From: an uncultured euryarchaeote
GTDB lineage: Archaea; Thermoplasmatota; Poseidoniia; Poseidoniales; Poseidoniaceae
Assembly: GCA_937915175.1 (NCBI GenBank)
Contig: CALDNA010000016.1
Span: forward strand, 54,956 to 118,955
Direction of reading: 5' to 3'
DNA: 64,000 nt
Shown here: positions 55,084-64,000 of the stretch, in pieces
Position numbering within the stretch: the first letter of the stretch is position 1
Layout of the letters: the number at the start of each line of letters is the position of its first letter
Notes under the pieces: generated by a model
Told to the model about the DNA's origin: nothing
The model's input: the letters and a program-made list of their open reading frames with translations, nothing else
Database searches by the model: none
Position numbers and translations under genes: made by a program

Positions 55084-56247
55084 ATGAAACTCGGCGTACC
55101 AATGGAACCAGAAGGCGAAACCCGTGTTGGGATTGTCCCTTCGAGCATGAAAAAACTCCTCAAAGCAGGCTTTGAAGTTGTTATTGAAAGCGGTGCTGGA
55201 AAAGCTGCGAACTATCACGATTCTGAATATGAAAAGGCTGGAGCAACCGTCGGCACACGCGCTGATGCTCTTGGATGCACAAACATCGTCTGCATCAGAT
55301 TCCCAGGTGTAGAAGGCATCAGTGAAGGAACCAACTTAGCATGCACATCTGATCCGTTCAGAAATCCGGAATACGTCAAGTCGTGCATGGATGCAGGCAT
55401 CACGCTTCTATCGATGGACATGATTCCTCGCCGTCTTTCTCGTGCACAATCCATGGACGTCAATTCCTCACAAGACAATTTAGCAGGATACAAAGCGGTC
55501 TTGCTTGGTGCTTCACATGTGCCAAAGGGCATTCCAATGATGACCACATCAGCTGGAACCATTCGTCCGGCAAAGATTGTCATCATGGGAAGCGGTGTTG
55601 CAGGATTGCAAGCAATCGCAACAGCAAAGCGACTTGGTGGCGTAGTTTACGCATCTGATGTTCGCAAGTCTGCGGCCGAGCAAATCGAATCTGTAGGCGG
55701 TCGCTTCATTGAAGTCGAAGGCATGGACGATTTCGAAGACGAATCCGGATACGCAAAACCACTCACACCTGAATTTATTCAGAAGGTCAATGACACTGTA
55801 TGTGGGGTCGCGGCTGATGCAGACATCATCGTCACCACTGCTCGTATTTTCGGGCGCCCTGCACCGATCACTGTGCCATCAAGCGCAGTTAAAAACTTCA
55901 AATCTGGAGCGGTTGTTGTCGATATGAATGCGGATGTTGGCGGCAACTGTGAAGACACCGTCGCAGGTGAAGTCAAAATTACCGACAACGGCGTCATCAT
56001 CGTCGGAACTTCCAACCTACCAGGAACCATTGCTACAACCTCGAGCATGCTGTATTCAAACAACTTAACCACATTCATGACTTCACTTGTCCATGAAGGT
56101 GAAGTCGTAATCTCGGAAGAAGATGACATCCTCGTCGGGGCTCCAGAAGGCAGCGATTTCTATGTCAACGGCATGGGTGGCGTCCTCATCTGCAAGGATG
56201 GAGTCATACATCCAAAGCAAACTCGCCTTGGAGGTGCACTCGAATGA
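55084..56247 (+). CDS. pntAA: NAD(P) transhydrogenase subunit alpha part 1 (dI, NAD(H)-binding)
   Basis: Alanine-dehydrogenase/PNT N-terminal fold. VIMGSGVAGLQAIATAKRLGG Rossmann motif. Confidence 0.85.
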   Translation: MKLGVPMEPEGETRVGIVPSSMKKLLKAGFEVVIESGAGKAANYHDSEYEKAGATVGTRADALGCTNIVCIRFPGVEGISEGTNLACTSDPFRNPEYVKSCMDAGITLLSMDMIPRRLSRAQSMDVNSSQDNLAGYKAVLLGASHVPKGIPMMTTSAGTIRPAKIVIMGSGVAGLQAIATAKRLGGVVYASDVRKSAAEQIESVGGRFIEVEGMDDFEDESGYAKPLTPEFIQKVNDTVCGVAADADIIVTTARIFGRPAPITVPSSAVKNFKSGAVVVDMNADVGGNCEDTVAGEVKITDNGVIIVGTSNLPGTIATTSSMLYSNNLTTFMTSLVHEGEVVISEEDDILVGAPEGSDFYVNGMGGVLICKDGVIHPKQTRLGGALE

Positions 56248-56555
56248 CGCCAGAATTTTTAATCGGAAACCTTACCCTATTTATCCTCGCTATTTTCCTC
56301 GGATTTGAATTGATCACCAAGGTTCCTGCAACATTGCACACACCATTGATGAGCGGAGCAAATGCTATTTCCGGAATTTCAATTATTGGCGCCCTCATCG
56401 GATCCAATGTCGCATATGATGGTGGTGAAACGGCCCTTTCTGGACTGTTGGCATTTGTCGCAGTCGTTCTAGCCATGATCAACGTCGTTGGAGGCTTTGC
56501 AGTCACCAACCGTATGTTGAATATGATTGCTGGTAAAAAGCGAGGAGGTGCTTGA
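56244..56555 (+). CDS. pntAB: NAD(P) transhydrogenase subunit alpha part 2 (membrane)
   Basis: About 100 aa with three TM helices. ATGA overlap with pntAA. Confidence 0.8.
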   Translation: MTPEFLIGNLTLFILAIFLGFELITKVPATLHTPLMSGANAISGISIIGALIGSNVAYDGGETALSGLLAFVAVVLAMINVVGGFAVTNRMLNMIAGKKRGGA

Positions 56556-57975
56556 GATGGAAGACTGGATTGCTGTAGGCTACCTCATATCCGCTGCCCT
56601 GTTCATCTTCGGTTTGAAGAAACTCGGCCACCCGAAGACCGCTCCATTTGGAAATCAACTCGGTGCCACTGGTATGCTCGTTGCTGTACTCACCACCGTG
56701 CTCAGTATGCAAGTCGCTGGTAATGCAAACTGGGAACTCATTATTGCAGGACTGATTCTTGGTTCTCTGATCGGTTATTGGATGGCTGTGAAGGTCGAAA
56801 TGACCGGAATGCCGGAATTAGTTGCTCTGTTCAACGGTTTCGGTGGAGCTGCATCAGCGCTCGTTGCGCTTTCTGAAATTCAGAAGTTCATCGCTGACTC
56901 AACCACCGTTCCAGAAGGACTCGAACTTACCGTTACAATGGTAGCAGCCGGACTCTCGGCGCTCGTTGGCTGGATGACATTGACCGGTTCCATGCTGGCC
57001 ATGTACAAACTCAAAGGTGGAATCGAAGTCTTTGGAAAATGGATTAAGACACCCACATGGGGCCCGACTTGGCTCAATCCAGTCAAGATTCTGCTGTTCC
57101 TAGGTGTCATTGCGCTCATCATCGCCAGCATCGAAGATCCAACAAACGAACAGTACCTTTGGGCCATCATTGGTATCTCTTGCATCCTCGGTCTAATCCT
57201 TGTTCTTCCAATTGGAGGGGCAGACATGCCCGTTGTGGTTTCCTTGTTGAATTCACTCTCAGGAATTGCAGCGGCATTCACTGGTTTCATCATAGGAAAC
57301 TCTGTGTTAATTATTGCAGGCTCTTTGGTCGGCGCATCTGGACTTATCTTGACCTTCATTATGTGCAAGGCAATGAACAGAAGGCTGATTGATGTGTTGT
57401 TCAAATCCTTTGGAGGCGACGGCGAGAAGCAATCTCTTACCCGAACAAAGGTAGGCTCTGACGCTGATGAAGTCGCTATGATGCTTGATGGTGCGCAGAA
57501 AGTGATCATCGTTCCAGGCTATGGAATGGCGGTTTCTCAATGCCAACACCAAGTGAAGGAGTTTGCTGACTTAATGAAGGAGAAGTTCGACACGGAAATC
57601 AAGTACGCAATTCACCCGGTTGCTGGCAGAATGCCAGGGCACATGAACGTCCTTCTCGCAGAAGCAAATGTCCCCTATGAGCAACTCATCGAGATGGATG
57701 AAATCAACAGTGAATTCCCAGATTGTGATGTGGCACTTGTTATCGGCGCTAACGATACGACAAACCCAGCTGCTCGTAGCGGCGAGGGCCCGTTGGCTGG
57801 CATGCCAATCATTGATGCCGATGCTGCTCGCACCGTTGTGATCATCAAGCGCTCATTGTCGGTTGGTTACGCTGGTGTTGACAACGACTTGTTTTACATG
57901 GACAAAACCATGATGCTTTTCGGCGATGGAAAGGCCATGATGGCTGGATTAAACACCGCTGTCAAGGAAATTTGA
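56527..57975 (+). CDS. pntB: NAD(P) transhydrogenase subunit beta (dII membrane plus dIII NADP(H)-binding)
   Basis: Multiple TM helices, then C-terminal dIII (VIIVPGYGMAVSQCQH...VALVIGANDTTNPAA). Alternative start at 56557 (MEDWIAVGY). Confidence 0.85.
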   Translation: MLVKSEEVLEMEDWIAVGYLISAALFIFGLKKLGHPKTAPFGNQLGATGMLVAVLTTVLSMQVAGNANWELIIAGLILGSLIGYWMAVKVEMTGMPELVALFNGFGGAASALVALSEIQKFIADSTTVPEGLELTVTMVAAGLSALVGWMTLTGSMLAMYKLKGGIEVFGKWIKTPTWGPTWLNPVKILLFLGVIALIIASIEDPTNEQYLWAIIGISCILGLILVLPIGGADMPVVVSLLNSLSGIAAAFTGFIIGNSVLIIAGSLVGASGLILTFIMCKAMNRRLIDVLFKSFGGDGEKQSLTRTKVGSDADEVAMMLDGAQKVIIVPGYGMAVSQCQHQVKEFADLMKEKFDTEIKYAIHPVAGRMPGHMNVLLAEANVPYEQLIEMDEINSEFPDCDVALVIGANDTTNPAARSGEGPLAGMPIIDADAARTVVIIKRSLSVGYAGVDNDLFYMDKTMMLFGDGKAMMAGLNTAVKEI

Positions 57976-58069
57976 GCCATCCTAAAAAGGCACATGACCA
58001 GTTGTTTGGCTCGTTGCTGAAAAGTAACGTTCAAAGGGCTGGGTCAAGTGGCATTGGTAAGGTGAGTCT

Positions 58070-59026
58070 ATGCTGTCGCGCAATACCCGTCTCCTCATGG
58101 TTGGTTTGATTGCCCTCCTGTTCGCAGCCCCTGCTTTAGGGATGCCAGGTGGACCCCCTTGGAAGAACGGCGATTCACTCGTCGTTGAATCCGGTTGCTC
58201 ATGCCACGGTGACGGCGTTCCATCTACCGAAGTCGTCGTTTCGATTTCGGGTGTTCCACGCTCGTATACCCTAGATGAAACATACACGCTCACCGTTTCA
58301 CTCCAGCATGCATCCAATGCTGAGGGCGGATTTATGATCTGGGATTACAACATCGGCTCGCTCGCACCTGGCGAAGGTTCAGCGGTTGTCGCCGATGAAC
58401 CCGGAGCCATTTCACAAAGCGCTGTGGGCAACAACTGGGTCTTTACGTGGACCGCTCCATCCGAAGATGTTGGTGTTGTTCCGTTCCAACTCGTTGGGAA
58501 CGCTGTCAATGGCAACGGAAACTTCGATGCAGGCGATGCATGGAATATTCTCTCCTTCTCCATATCCCCACCGGGCAGCACCACGAACGATGGCACCGAT
58601 GAATTGGCCGTGCGAACCATCAGCGTAGGGGACTACGACAGCCTGTTTGTTGCTGACGTCGATCCTGAAGTAGCAGAGATTGAGCGGCAAGAAGAACTAG
58701 CAGATTTGTTTTTCGATGAAGGGAACATCTACTACTTTGCAACCTTCTCCATCCTCCTCGTGGCCGCCGTCATCCAAGGTGAATTTTACCAACGACGCTT
58801 TGCCGGTGGACCTGAACATTTGGACAAAAGTTTGGCCATCCCACAGGGTCTTCGCCGAGGCGCTCTCAGTGCAGGCTTGCTGATTCTGTTTGCTTACCTC
58901 ATGGACAACGACTCTGGATGGCAACTCAGCCTAACCGTTGGGATGTGTACCCTTTGGGCCATGTATGGCGTTTACAGGACCATTGACCAAGCTCGCGCAG
59001 AACCTCAACCAGAAGACCTTGTTTGA
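58070..59026 (+). CDS. Secreted/membrane-anchored hypothetical protein (signal peptide, beta-rich ectodomain, C-terminal TM helices)
   Basis: MLSRNTRLLMVGLIALLFAAPALG signal. CSCHG motif. C-terminal hydrophobic segments. Confidence 0.5.
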   Translation: MLSRNTRLLMVGLIALLFAAPALGMPGGPPWKNGDSLVVESGCSCHGDGVPSTEVVVSISGVPRSYTLDETYTLTVSLQHASNAEGGFMIWDYNIGSLAPGEGSAVVADEPGAISQSAVGNNWVFTWTAPSEDVGVVPFQLVGNAVNGNGNFDAGDAWNILSFSISPPGSTTNDGTDELAVRTISVGDYDSLFVADVDPEVAEIERQEELADLFFDEGNIYYFATFSILLVAAVIQGEFYQRRFAGGPEHLDKSLAIPQGLRRGALSAGLLILFAYLMDNDSGWQLSLTVGMCTLWAMYGVYRTIDQARAEPQPEDLV

Positions 59027-59066
59027 GTCACTTCCACCTCCCCAAATCCAGGGTTGAGGGTACACC

Positions 59067-60383
59067 ATGTCTTTGCAACTCGAACGGGATCAGCGGGTAC
59101 ATCTTCAAGCCCACCTCGACGAATTGACTGGTCGAGTCACTCTCATTTTTGCCGCCATCGTCGTGATGACGCTTGTGGTTTCGACCCAAATCGATGCTTG
59201 GTTGGATCTGCTGCTTGCTAAAATTGACCCATGCAGCAGTGATTGTCTCAACCTCTATGATCCTGCCCGATGGAGCGCCGTACGGTGGCTCGGCGCACTG
59301 TTAGCCGCCATCGCTCTCGCATCGCCACTGATTATGCAACAGGCTTGGGCCTTCAGCAACAAAGGCTTGTTGCCCAGCGAGCGTGCATGGATGCTACGCT
59401 GGATGTTTGGTGGATGCGCCGTGGCTCTAACCGCATCAACCCTTACCCTCGTTTGGCTTCTTCCAACAACATTTGGTGTTGGGCATTCAATTCAAACCGA
59501 CATGGGTTTAGTTGCACGTTATGATGCGGTCCTAATGCTTTCAATCGCCATTGCTGTGATTTGGATGCAAACCGTCGTCAGCGTGGCTGTATTGGCACTG
59601 GCCATTGCAGGACAACTTGGTGCTCTCAACAAACACACGGCGGATTGGTGGCGCTTGAGAACCTATGGATTAGTGCTTTTGTTGCTGTATGCATCGCTGC
59701 CACAATTTGGTGGTCTTGCGTTTGTCTTGATCGTTGCGTCGCTGTTGGTGATGGAGGTTGTTTGCAAGCCGTGGTTGAATCAAGAGCCACCCCTCGCTGT
59801 TGAAATCGTAACGGTGTTGGACGAAGAAGGCGGTGCTCGGCGACCGATGGTGTTAGAATGCCACTGCAACGGAGCAGCCATACCTTTGCCGTCGCCAATC
59901 GATTTGTCTGTGCCGCGTCTTGCCTACGAAGGCTTGTGCAGGTCCGAACACCAACGGGAGCAGGTTTTAGACGTCATATTAGCCACCAAAGCAACCGACC
60001 TTATCGTTACAGGTTGCGATGGAGTCCCCCTCGGAGAACAATTCAAATCCAATTGCACAAGCCTTGGAGCCAGTTTGCGAGGAATGAACCTGCTTGAGCG
60101 GCAATCCTATCGAACCCAACCCGCACAACATCCTGGACTTGAATTCAAATTGATGCTTGCCCAACTAAGTTCCCCGTGGCCGGAACAAAATCAAATTGAA
60201 AGGCTCGTCCACATCATGAAGAAGCATCCCGATCAAACCTATGTCTACACCTCAGGCAACGAGAAGCATTCATGGGGCCAACAACTTAACCCAGACAGCG
60301 TCTTCATTCACATTCCGTCAGCGTTCAAAAAAGAATTTGAACAACGCGTGGAGAACCTCAGAATTTCCGTTGAATGCATTTGA
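59067..60383 (+). CDS. tatC: Sec-independent protein translocase TatC with about 190-aa C-terminal cytoplasmic Cys-containing extension
   Basis: HLQAHLDELTGRVTLIFAAIVV (the HL.ELR.R TatC N-motif), ASPLIMQQAWAFSNKGLLPSER (the PxxxYQxWxFxxPGLxxxER motif), six TM helices, then a soluble tail (ECHCNG, CRSEH, TGCDG). Confidence 0.6.
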   Translation: MSLQLERDQRVHLQAHLDELTGRVTLIFAAIVVMTLVVSTQIDAWLDLLLAKIDPCSSDCLNLYDPARWSAVRWLGALLAAIALASPLIMQQAWAFSNKGLLPSERAWMLRWMFGGCAVALTASTLTLVWLLPTTFGVGHSIQTDMGLVARYDAVLMLSIAIAVIWMQTVVSVAVLALAIAGQLGALNKHTADWWRLRTYGLVLLLLYASLPQFGGLAFVLIVASLLVMEVVCKPWLNQEPPLAVEIVTVLDEEGGARRPMVLECHCNGAAIPLPSPIDLSVPRLAYEGLCRSEHQREQVLDVILATKATDLIVTGCDGVPLGEQFKSNCTSLGASLRGMNLLERQSYRTQPAQHPGLEFKLMLAQLSSPWPEQNQIERLVHIMKKHPDQTYVYTSGNEKHSWGQQLNPDSVFIHIPSAFKKEFEQRVENLRISVECI

Positions 60384-60459
60384 TTCTTTTTGAATTAAAT
60401 TACGATTCCGAGGGTCAATGCACACAAGGATTCAAACCAAATGGTAGGGAGGTTAAGCC

Positions 60460-62577
60460 ATGAACCCAAGAATCGGTGTCCCCTTCATGGTGGCTCTTCT
60501 CTTGGCGAGCAGTTGGGCGTTTTCAAATGAGCAAACGGTCAACGATTGGGTCCGCGAAAACCAATTTGAAGCGGAATCCGAAGAACTGGCGCTTCTTGGC
60601 ATGCAGAACAATGAAACTTGGCTTGTCCTAATTGCAGACTTCCAATCTGACCGGGCAAGCGAGGCATGGGGTCCTGACCAAGCTCAGTACCTCCTGGACG
60701 ATGTTGCAGCAGCCTACATCGGGCAAGTTTCAGGCAATCAAAGTCAACTCAATGTTGTTGTCGACCAGAAGGTGACGACAGCGACAGACTCGATGGAGTC
60801 GTACGGGACTGATGTTGGCGGAAACAGAGACACAGACGCATCAGGTCAATTCCAACCCATGCGTCTGGCCGAAGAAGTCGTACTGGATCATGCAAGCGAT
60901 ATTAATTGGTCTCAATTCGATCTCAATTCAGATGGCGTCATCGACCGTTTGCTGATCTTACACACCACCAAAGGGCAAGAAGAGACACCTGGCCAAACCA
61001 ATAAAATTTGGAGTCATTTTACACAGTTCGAGGACCCAATACCAGTCGCCAAAGGGTACACAGTCGGGCATTACACAATGGCAAGCCTTCGTACGGGGTC
61101 AAGCGGCATAGGAATTATTCTGCACGAAATGATGCATCAAATGGGCGCTCTTGACCTTTATCCGGTTCATGAAGCAAACCCACAAAGCGACTGGCAAGGC
61201 GTCGGGAAATGGGACATCATGGCGAGCGGCAATTGGAACGGTGGTGGAGCATGGCCGGCACTGCCGACGGCTGCTTCGCTGGATTTGATTGGCCTCGAAC
61301 GAAGTTCATCCATGGATTTGACATGGCCCTCATCGAGCGTTGCACCATGCATTGGACCTACTGTGGAAATGGTGGGCATGAGCGAAGGTGGTAATGCGTT
61401 ACGAATCCAAGAGGATGAACAGCAAGTCATCTGGATTGAACATCGAACGGATTTTGGATTTGATTCGCATCTGCCTGGCCATGGAATTCTCGTCACCATG
61501 CAAGACAGAAGTGTGGGCGATGAAGAAAGGAACGAACTCAACAGGGACGCCGAACAACCGTGGTTGGCTGTGCTTGAAGCAGATGGACGCAATGATCTGA
61601 GGAAAGGCGCCAACGATGGCGAAGCCAGTGATTTGTTCACCAACGGCACCTCCTTTGGTGCGCAAGGTGTGCTGATTCGGGACCATGATGGCTTCTTGGT
61701 TCCCTGGACTGCAACGGTAAGCGGTGAAGAGAACCTTTCCCTCCAATTCACGGCTGCAAATTGCACCCCTAACTTCACGGCAAACGGGCCAGATTTTGGT
61801 GCAGTGCTTTTGCCAAGTGAATCGTTGATGTTCACGATGCAGACTGAAGCACCCTGCACCCTCAACCACACACTCACATTAACCGACGGACGAGGTATCG
61901 TCTTGGAACCCAGAAACTTGACATCTGGAATCACCGATGTCTCCTTGCAATTTGGATGGAACGGGACCCCAAATTCAGAATCAATACTTCAAGGAACAAT
62001 CACGTGTGGAACTGGCACGCTCGACCTCTCAACAAAAGTCTTGACATTAGCGCGTATTCCGGTGGAGAACTTGGTCACAGGCACCCTTTCGATCAACCAA
62101 GAAAGCATCATACTGCTGCCAATCGAATCGATTGGAACTGGATCGCAATCATTCACACTGGATTTGGATGGACCGATGTCAAGGGTCGCAACCATCGAAG
62201 ACCGGATTACGCTCACTGGAGAAGATAATCTTGAAGTTCAAATTACCCCCAACAACCTTCTGGAAAATGGCATGCGGGTGCGTGGCGAGCTCGTGTTGAT
62301 TGATTCAAACGGCCACCGCTGGATGTATGGATTGGAATTCACGGCAGAAACTGAAGAGCCTTCATCGCTCGAAGAATGGCGCACTCCTGGCCGTATACTG
62401 GGCCTTGTTGGCCTTGTCGCTGCTGTCTGGGTGTTGCTCGGAATGACCGAACGGAAAAAGAAACCAAAACCCTCTCCGGATGTGGAGCAAAACCAAGTGA
62501 TTGCCCATGCAACAGAACCACATGCATCAGAAGAAATTCATGACCCATGGGGTCGGCCTGTCGATAATTTCGACTGA
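60460..62577 (+). CDS. Membrane-anchored secreted zinc metallopeptidase, M6 (immune-inhibitor-A-like) family
   Basis: Signal peptide. IGIILHEMMHQMGALDLYP (the HExxH...DLY InhA-type motif) and WDIMASGNW. Long beta-rich C-terminal region. C-terminal TM (ILGLVGLVAAVWVLLG) followed by a KKKPKP tail. Confidence 0.6.
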   Translation: MNPRIGVPFMVALLLASSWAFSNEQTVNDWVRENQFEAESEELALLGMQNNETWLVLIADFQSDRASEAWGPDQAQYLLDDVAAAYIGQVSGNQSQLNVVVDQKVTTATDSMESYGTDVGGNRDTDASGQFQPMRLAEEVVLDHASDINWSQFDLNSDGVIDRLLILHTTKGQEETPGQTNKIWSHFTQFEDPIPVAKGYTVGHYTMASLRTGSSGIGIILHEMMHQMGALDLYPVHEANPQSDWQGVGKWDIMASGNWNGGGAWPALPTAASLDLIGLERSSSMDLTWPSSSVAPCIGPTVEMVGMSEGGNALRIQEDEQQVIWIEHRTDFGFDSHLPGHGILVTMQDRSVGDEERNELNRDAEQPWLAVLEADGRNDLRKGANDGEASDLFTNGTSFGAQGVLIRDHDGFLVPWTATVSGEENLSLQFTAANCTPNFTANGPDFGAVLLPSESLMFTMQTEAPCTLNHTLTLTDGRGIVLEPRNLTSGITDVSLQFGWNGTPNSESILQGTITCGTGTLDLSTKVLTLARIPVENLVTGTLSINQESIILLPIESIGTGSQSFTLDLDGPMSRVATIEDRITLTGEDNLEVQITPNNLLENGMRVRGELVLIDSNGHRWMYGLEFTAETEEPSSLEEWRTPGRILGLVGLVAAVWVLLGMTERKKKPKPSPDVEQNQVIAHATEPHASEEIHDPWGRPVDNFD

Positions 62578-63711
62578 TCAACGGCCTGGGAGCCAACGCT
62601 GAACTTGCAGGTACGACCAATCATCCTTCATGGTTAAGGCACAAACCCAAGATTTGTGAACACCTTCAGCTAAGCGAACCGCAAGGCATGCAGCGTTCCA
62701 TGTAACAGGAGCACGTTCCAAAGGCAAAAGCAACCACGGAGCATGTGTTTCTCCAACAGCCGCGTCGTAAATCCTCCATTGACTTCCGTACTTGAATCCA
62801 GGTCGCAAAACCACGCCTCGTCCCATTAAGTCATCATAGAGATGGAGGTGTGGAGGGAGTGGATTTGATTCAAGGCGTTCAGCGAGCCATTCACCTTCTT
62901 CTAAGCGCAGGTGACGCCCAGACTGGTGTTCGACCCCCAAGGAGGGCCAAGGCCATGTTCCCGTCAAGGGAATGTACCAACCCTCGCCTCGTTTGATTCG
63001 TGTTGCCCAATATTCTGCAAGGTGAGTTCGGGATGAATCATCGAGTTGAGACCATGTGGTTTGGTTTCCGCTGATGTCAGCAAAACTCAATCGATACATG
63101 GTCACGTCGAGTTCTTCATCGACGACAAACAGTTCAGCGATCATGCCGTTTTTGATGACGCTCCGAGTCCATTGTTCCATTTCCACCCAATCAACATCAT
63201 CGGTGGTCCAAGCCCACCGAACATGAGCCACAGGGTCTTCTTTGGAAAAAATTTGTTCACGGTTCCAGCGAAGCGCCCATGTTGTTGATGCAATCGTAAA
63301 TCCACGCTTTTCTGAAATGTTTTCGACGGGGACAACAAGTTCCCCGCCGCTTCTGGCCACATCGAACGCAACTGAGCGTGCAACCAAATCAGGATCGTTC
63401 TTGAGTGAATCAGAAAACCACTCATCGCTTGGTAGTGGGAGATGACGGTGCCAATGACAGAACAAAATCTCTTCATGAGTCATGAAAACACCACCGTCAG
63501 AATCCGTCCGGCCGAGAGCGCTTTTTTGATGCAAACGTGATGCCAAAGGTGCTTCAATGTACCACTCGTTATTTTTGTAAGACGGTGGAGGTAAGGGCAT
63601 GCTTGGTGCTTGATTTGGAGTCAATGAGGTGCCAAGCGGTCGCGTGGTGCGAACACGGGGGGTGAACGTTCTCTTGTGTCGCCCCATGGTCCTGCGTTGT
63701 GAACGCTTCAT
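62578..63711 (-). CDS. endA: tRNA-splicing endonuclease EndA (two-domain alpha2-type) with basic N-terminal extension
   Basis: C-terminal catalytic domain GRGVVLRPGFKYGSQWRIYD...THAPWLL...AVRLAEGVHKSWVCA aligns with EndA, including the Y/H/K catalytic residues. Confidence 0.7.
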   Translation of the reverse strand: MKRSQRRTMGRHKRTFTPRVRTTRPLGTSLTPNQAPSMPLPPPSYKNNEWYIEAPLASRLHQKSALGRTDSDGGVFMTHEEILFCHWHRHLPLPSDEWFSDSLKNDPDLVARSVAFDVARSGGELVVPVENISEKRGFTIASTTWALRWNREQIFSKEDPVAHVRWAWTTDDVDWVEMEQWTRSVIKNGMIAELFVVDEELDVTMYRLSFADISGNQTTWSQLDDSSRTHLAEYWATRIKRGEGWYIPLTGTWPWPSLGVEHQSGRHLRLEEGEWLAERLESNPLPPHLHLYDDLMGRGVVLRPGFKYGSQWRIYDAAVGETHAPWLLLPLERAPVTWNAACLAVRLAEGVHKSWVCALTMKDDWSYLQVQRWLPGR

Positions 63712-63777
63712 TTGAGTTCGTTGGTCAACCGATTGTCCTATGTGCTATGGGCGCTGACAAGCAACAGGGGAGCGAAA

Positions 63778-64000
63778 GTGGTCGACGGGTATCTCGGTTC
63801 ATTGACAACCGAACAGCGGATGCTTTTGCACCTGTTGGACCATCGACTTCCCGAAGGTGAATGGGAGGCTCCCGCTGCGGTAACTCAAGCGGGCATTTCC
63901 GCAGCGGTTCACGTCCAACGCAAGCACGTGCCCCGAACGCTCAAACGCCTCGAAGAAAGGGGAGACATCGTCAAGGCCAAGCGCCACGTTCCGGGCGGCA
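63778..64000 (+). CDS. Winged-HTH regulator-like protein, 5' part (GTG start; runs off window end)
   Basis: From GTG 63778 the frame stays open to the window end. It reads MVDGYLGSLTTEQRMLLHLLDHRL...GISAAVHVQRKHVPRTLKRLEERGDIVKAKRHVPG, an HTH-like helix followed by a wing. Confidence 0.3.
   Translation, partial: MVDGYLGSLTTEQRMLLHLLDHRLPEGEWEAPAAVTQAGISAAVHVQRKHVPRTLKRLEERGDIVKAKRHVPGG

Noticed and set aside
61167-61934. 255-aa minus-strand ORF inside the M6 peptidase gene
   Set aside because: It is antisense to a gene with HExxH and InhA-like motifs. Its composition is Ser/Pro/Cys-rich and non-protein-like.

Overview
This 64-kb window is gene-dense (about 88% coding) and has the hallmarks of an archaeal (euryarchaeal-type) chromosome, with genes on both strands. 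The GC content is about 50%. Many proteins carry acidic D/E-rich low-complexity tracts, EF-hands or small zinc ribbons, and there is a giant surface protein. These traits would fit an uncultured marine planktonic euryarchaeon (Marine Group II/Poseidoniales-like), but that is only an inference.

Recognisable content:
- DNA primase PriS.
- Methionyl-tRNA synthetase.
- Proteasome-activating nucleotidase PAN.
- MBF1, Tsr3 and Kae1.
- A ribosomal-protein cluster S19e, PDCD5-like, L39e, L31e, S17e. The L39e gene is below 60 aa and therefore missing from the ORF track.
- tRNA-Val(GAC).
- tRNA-splicing endonuclease EndA.
- A preQ0/archaeosine-precursor operon: a ribbon-helix-helix (RHH) gene, folE, queE, queC and queD.
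- A histidine-utilisation pathway in three dispersed pieces: hutU-hutH; hutI; and a split FTCD made of glutamate formimidoyltransferase plus a separate cyclodeaminase.
- Methylmalonyl-CoA mutase large subunit and methylmalonyl-CoA epimerase.
- FdhD with an FdhF/YdeP-like molybdoenzyme.
- NAD(P) transhydrogenase pntAA-pntAB-pntB.
- LDH-like malate dehydrogenase.
- IscA and YgfZ.
- A TrmB-V4R regulator.
- An ABC-2 exporter pair.
- A CorC/CNNM transporter.
- A class-III aminotransferase.
- An ArsC / FGE-like / FMN-reductase trio.
- TatC with a long C-terminal extension.
- An M6 (InhA-like) metallopeptidase.
- A 1205-aa surface protein.

There are no CRISPR arrays, no rRNA genes and no clear mobile elements.

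The most unusual features:
- queC is fused in frame to msrB, and the canonical QueC zinc-binding cysteines are all replaced by serine or other residues.
- An unannotated RHH gene with paired palindromic AGTAaTACT sites sits over the preQ0 operon promoter.
- A PqqD-like (RiPP-recognition-element-like) protein lies next to a small hydrophobic ORF and converges on an FGE-like / ArsC / FMN-reductase set.
- An IscA and YgfZ (IBA57-like) pair lies behind a TrmB-V4R regulator.
- Large EF-hand proteins are fused to zinc ribbons, TPR repeats and proline-rich repeats.
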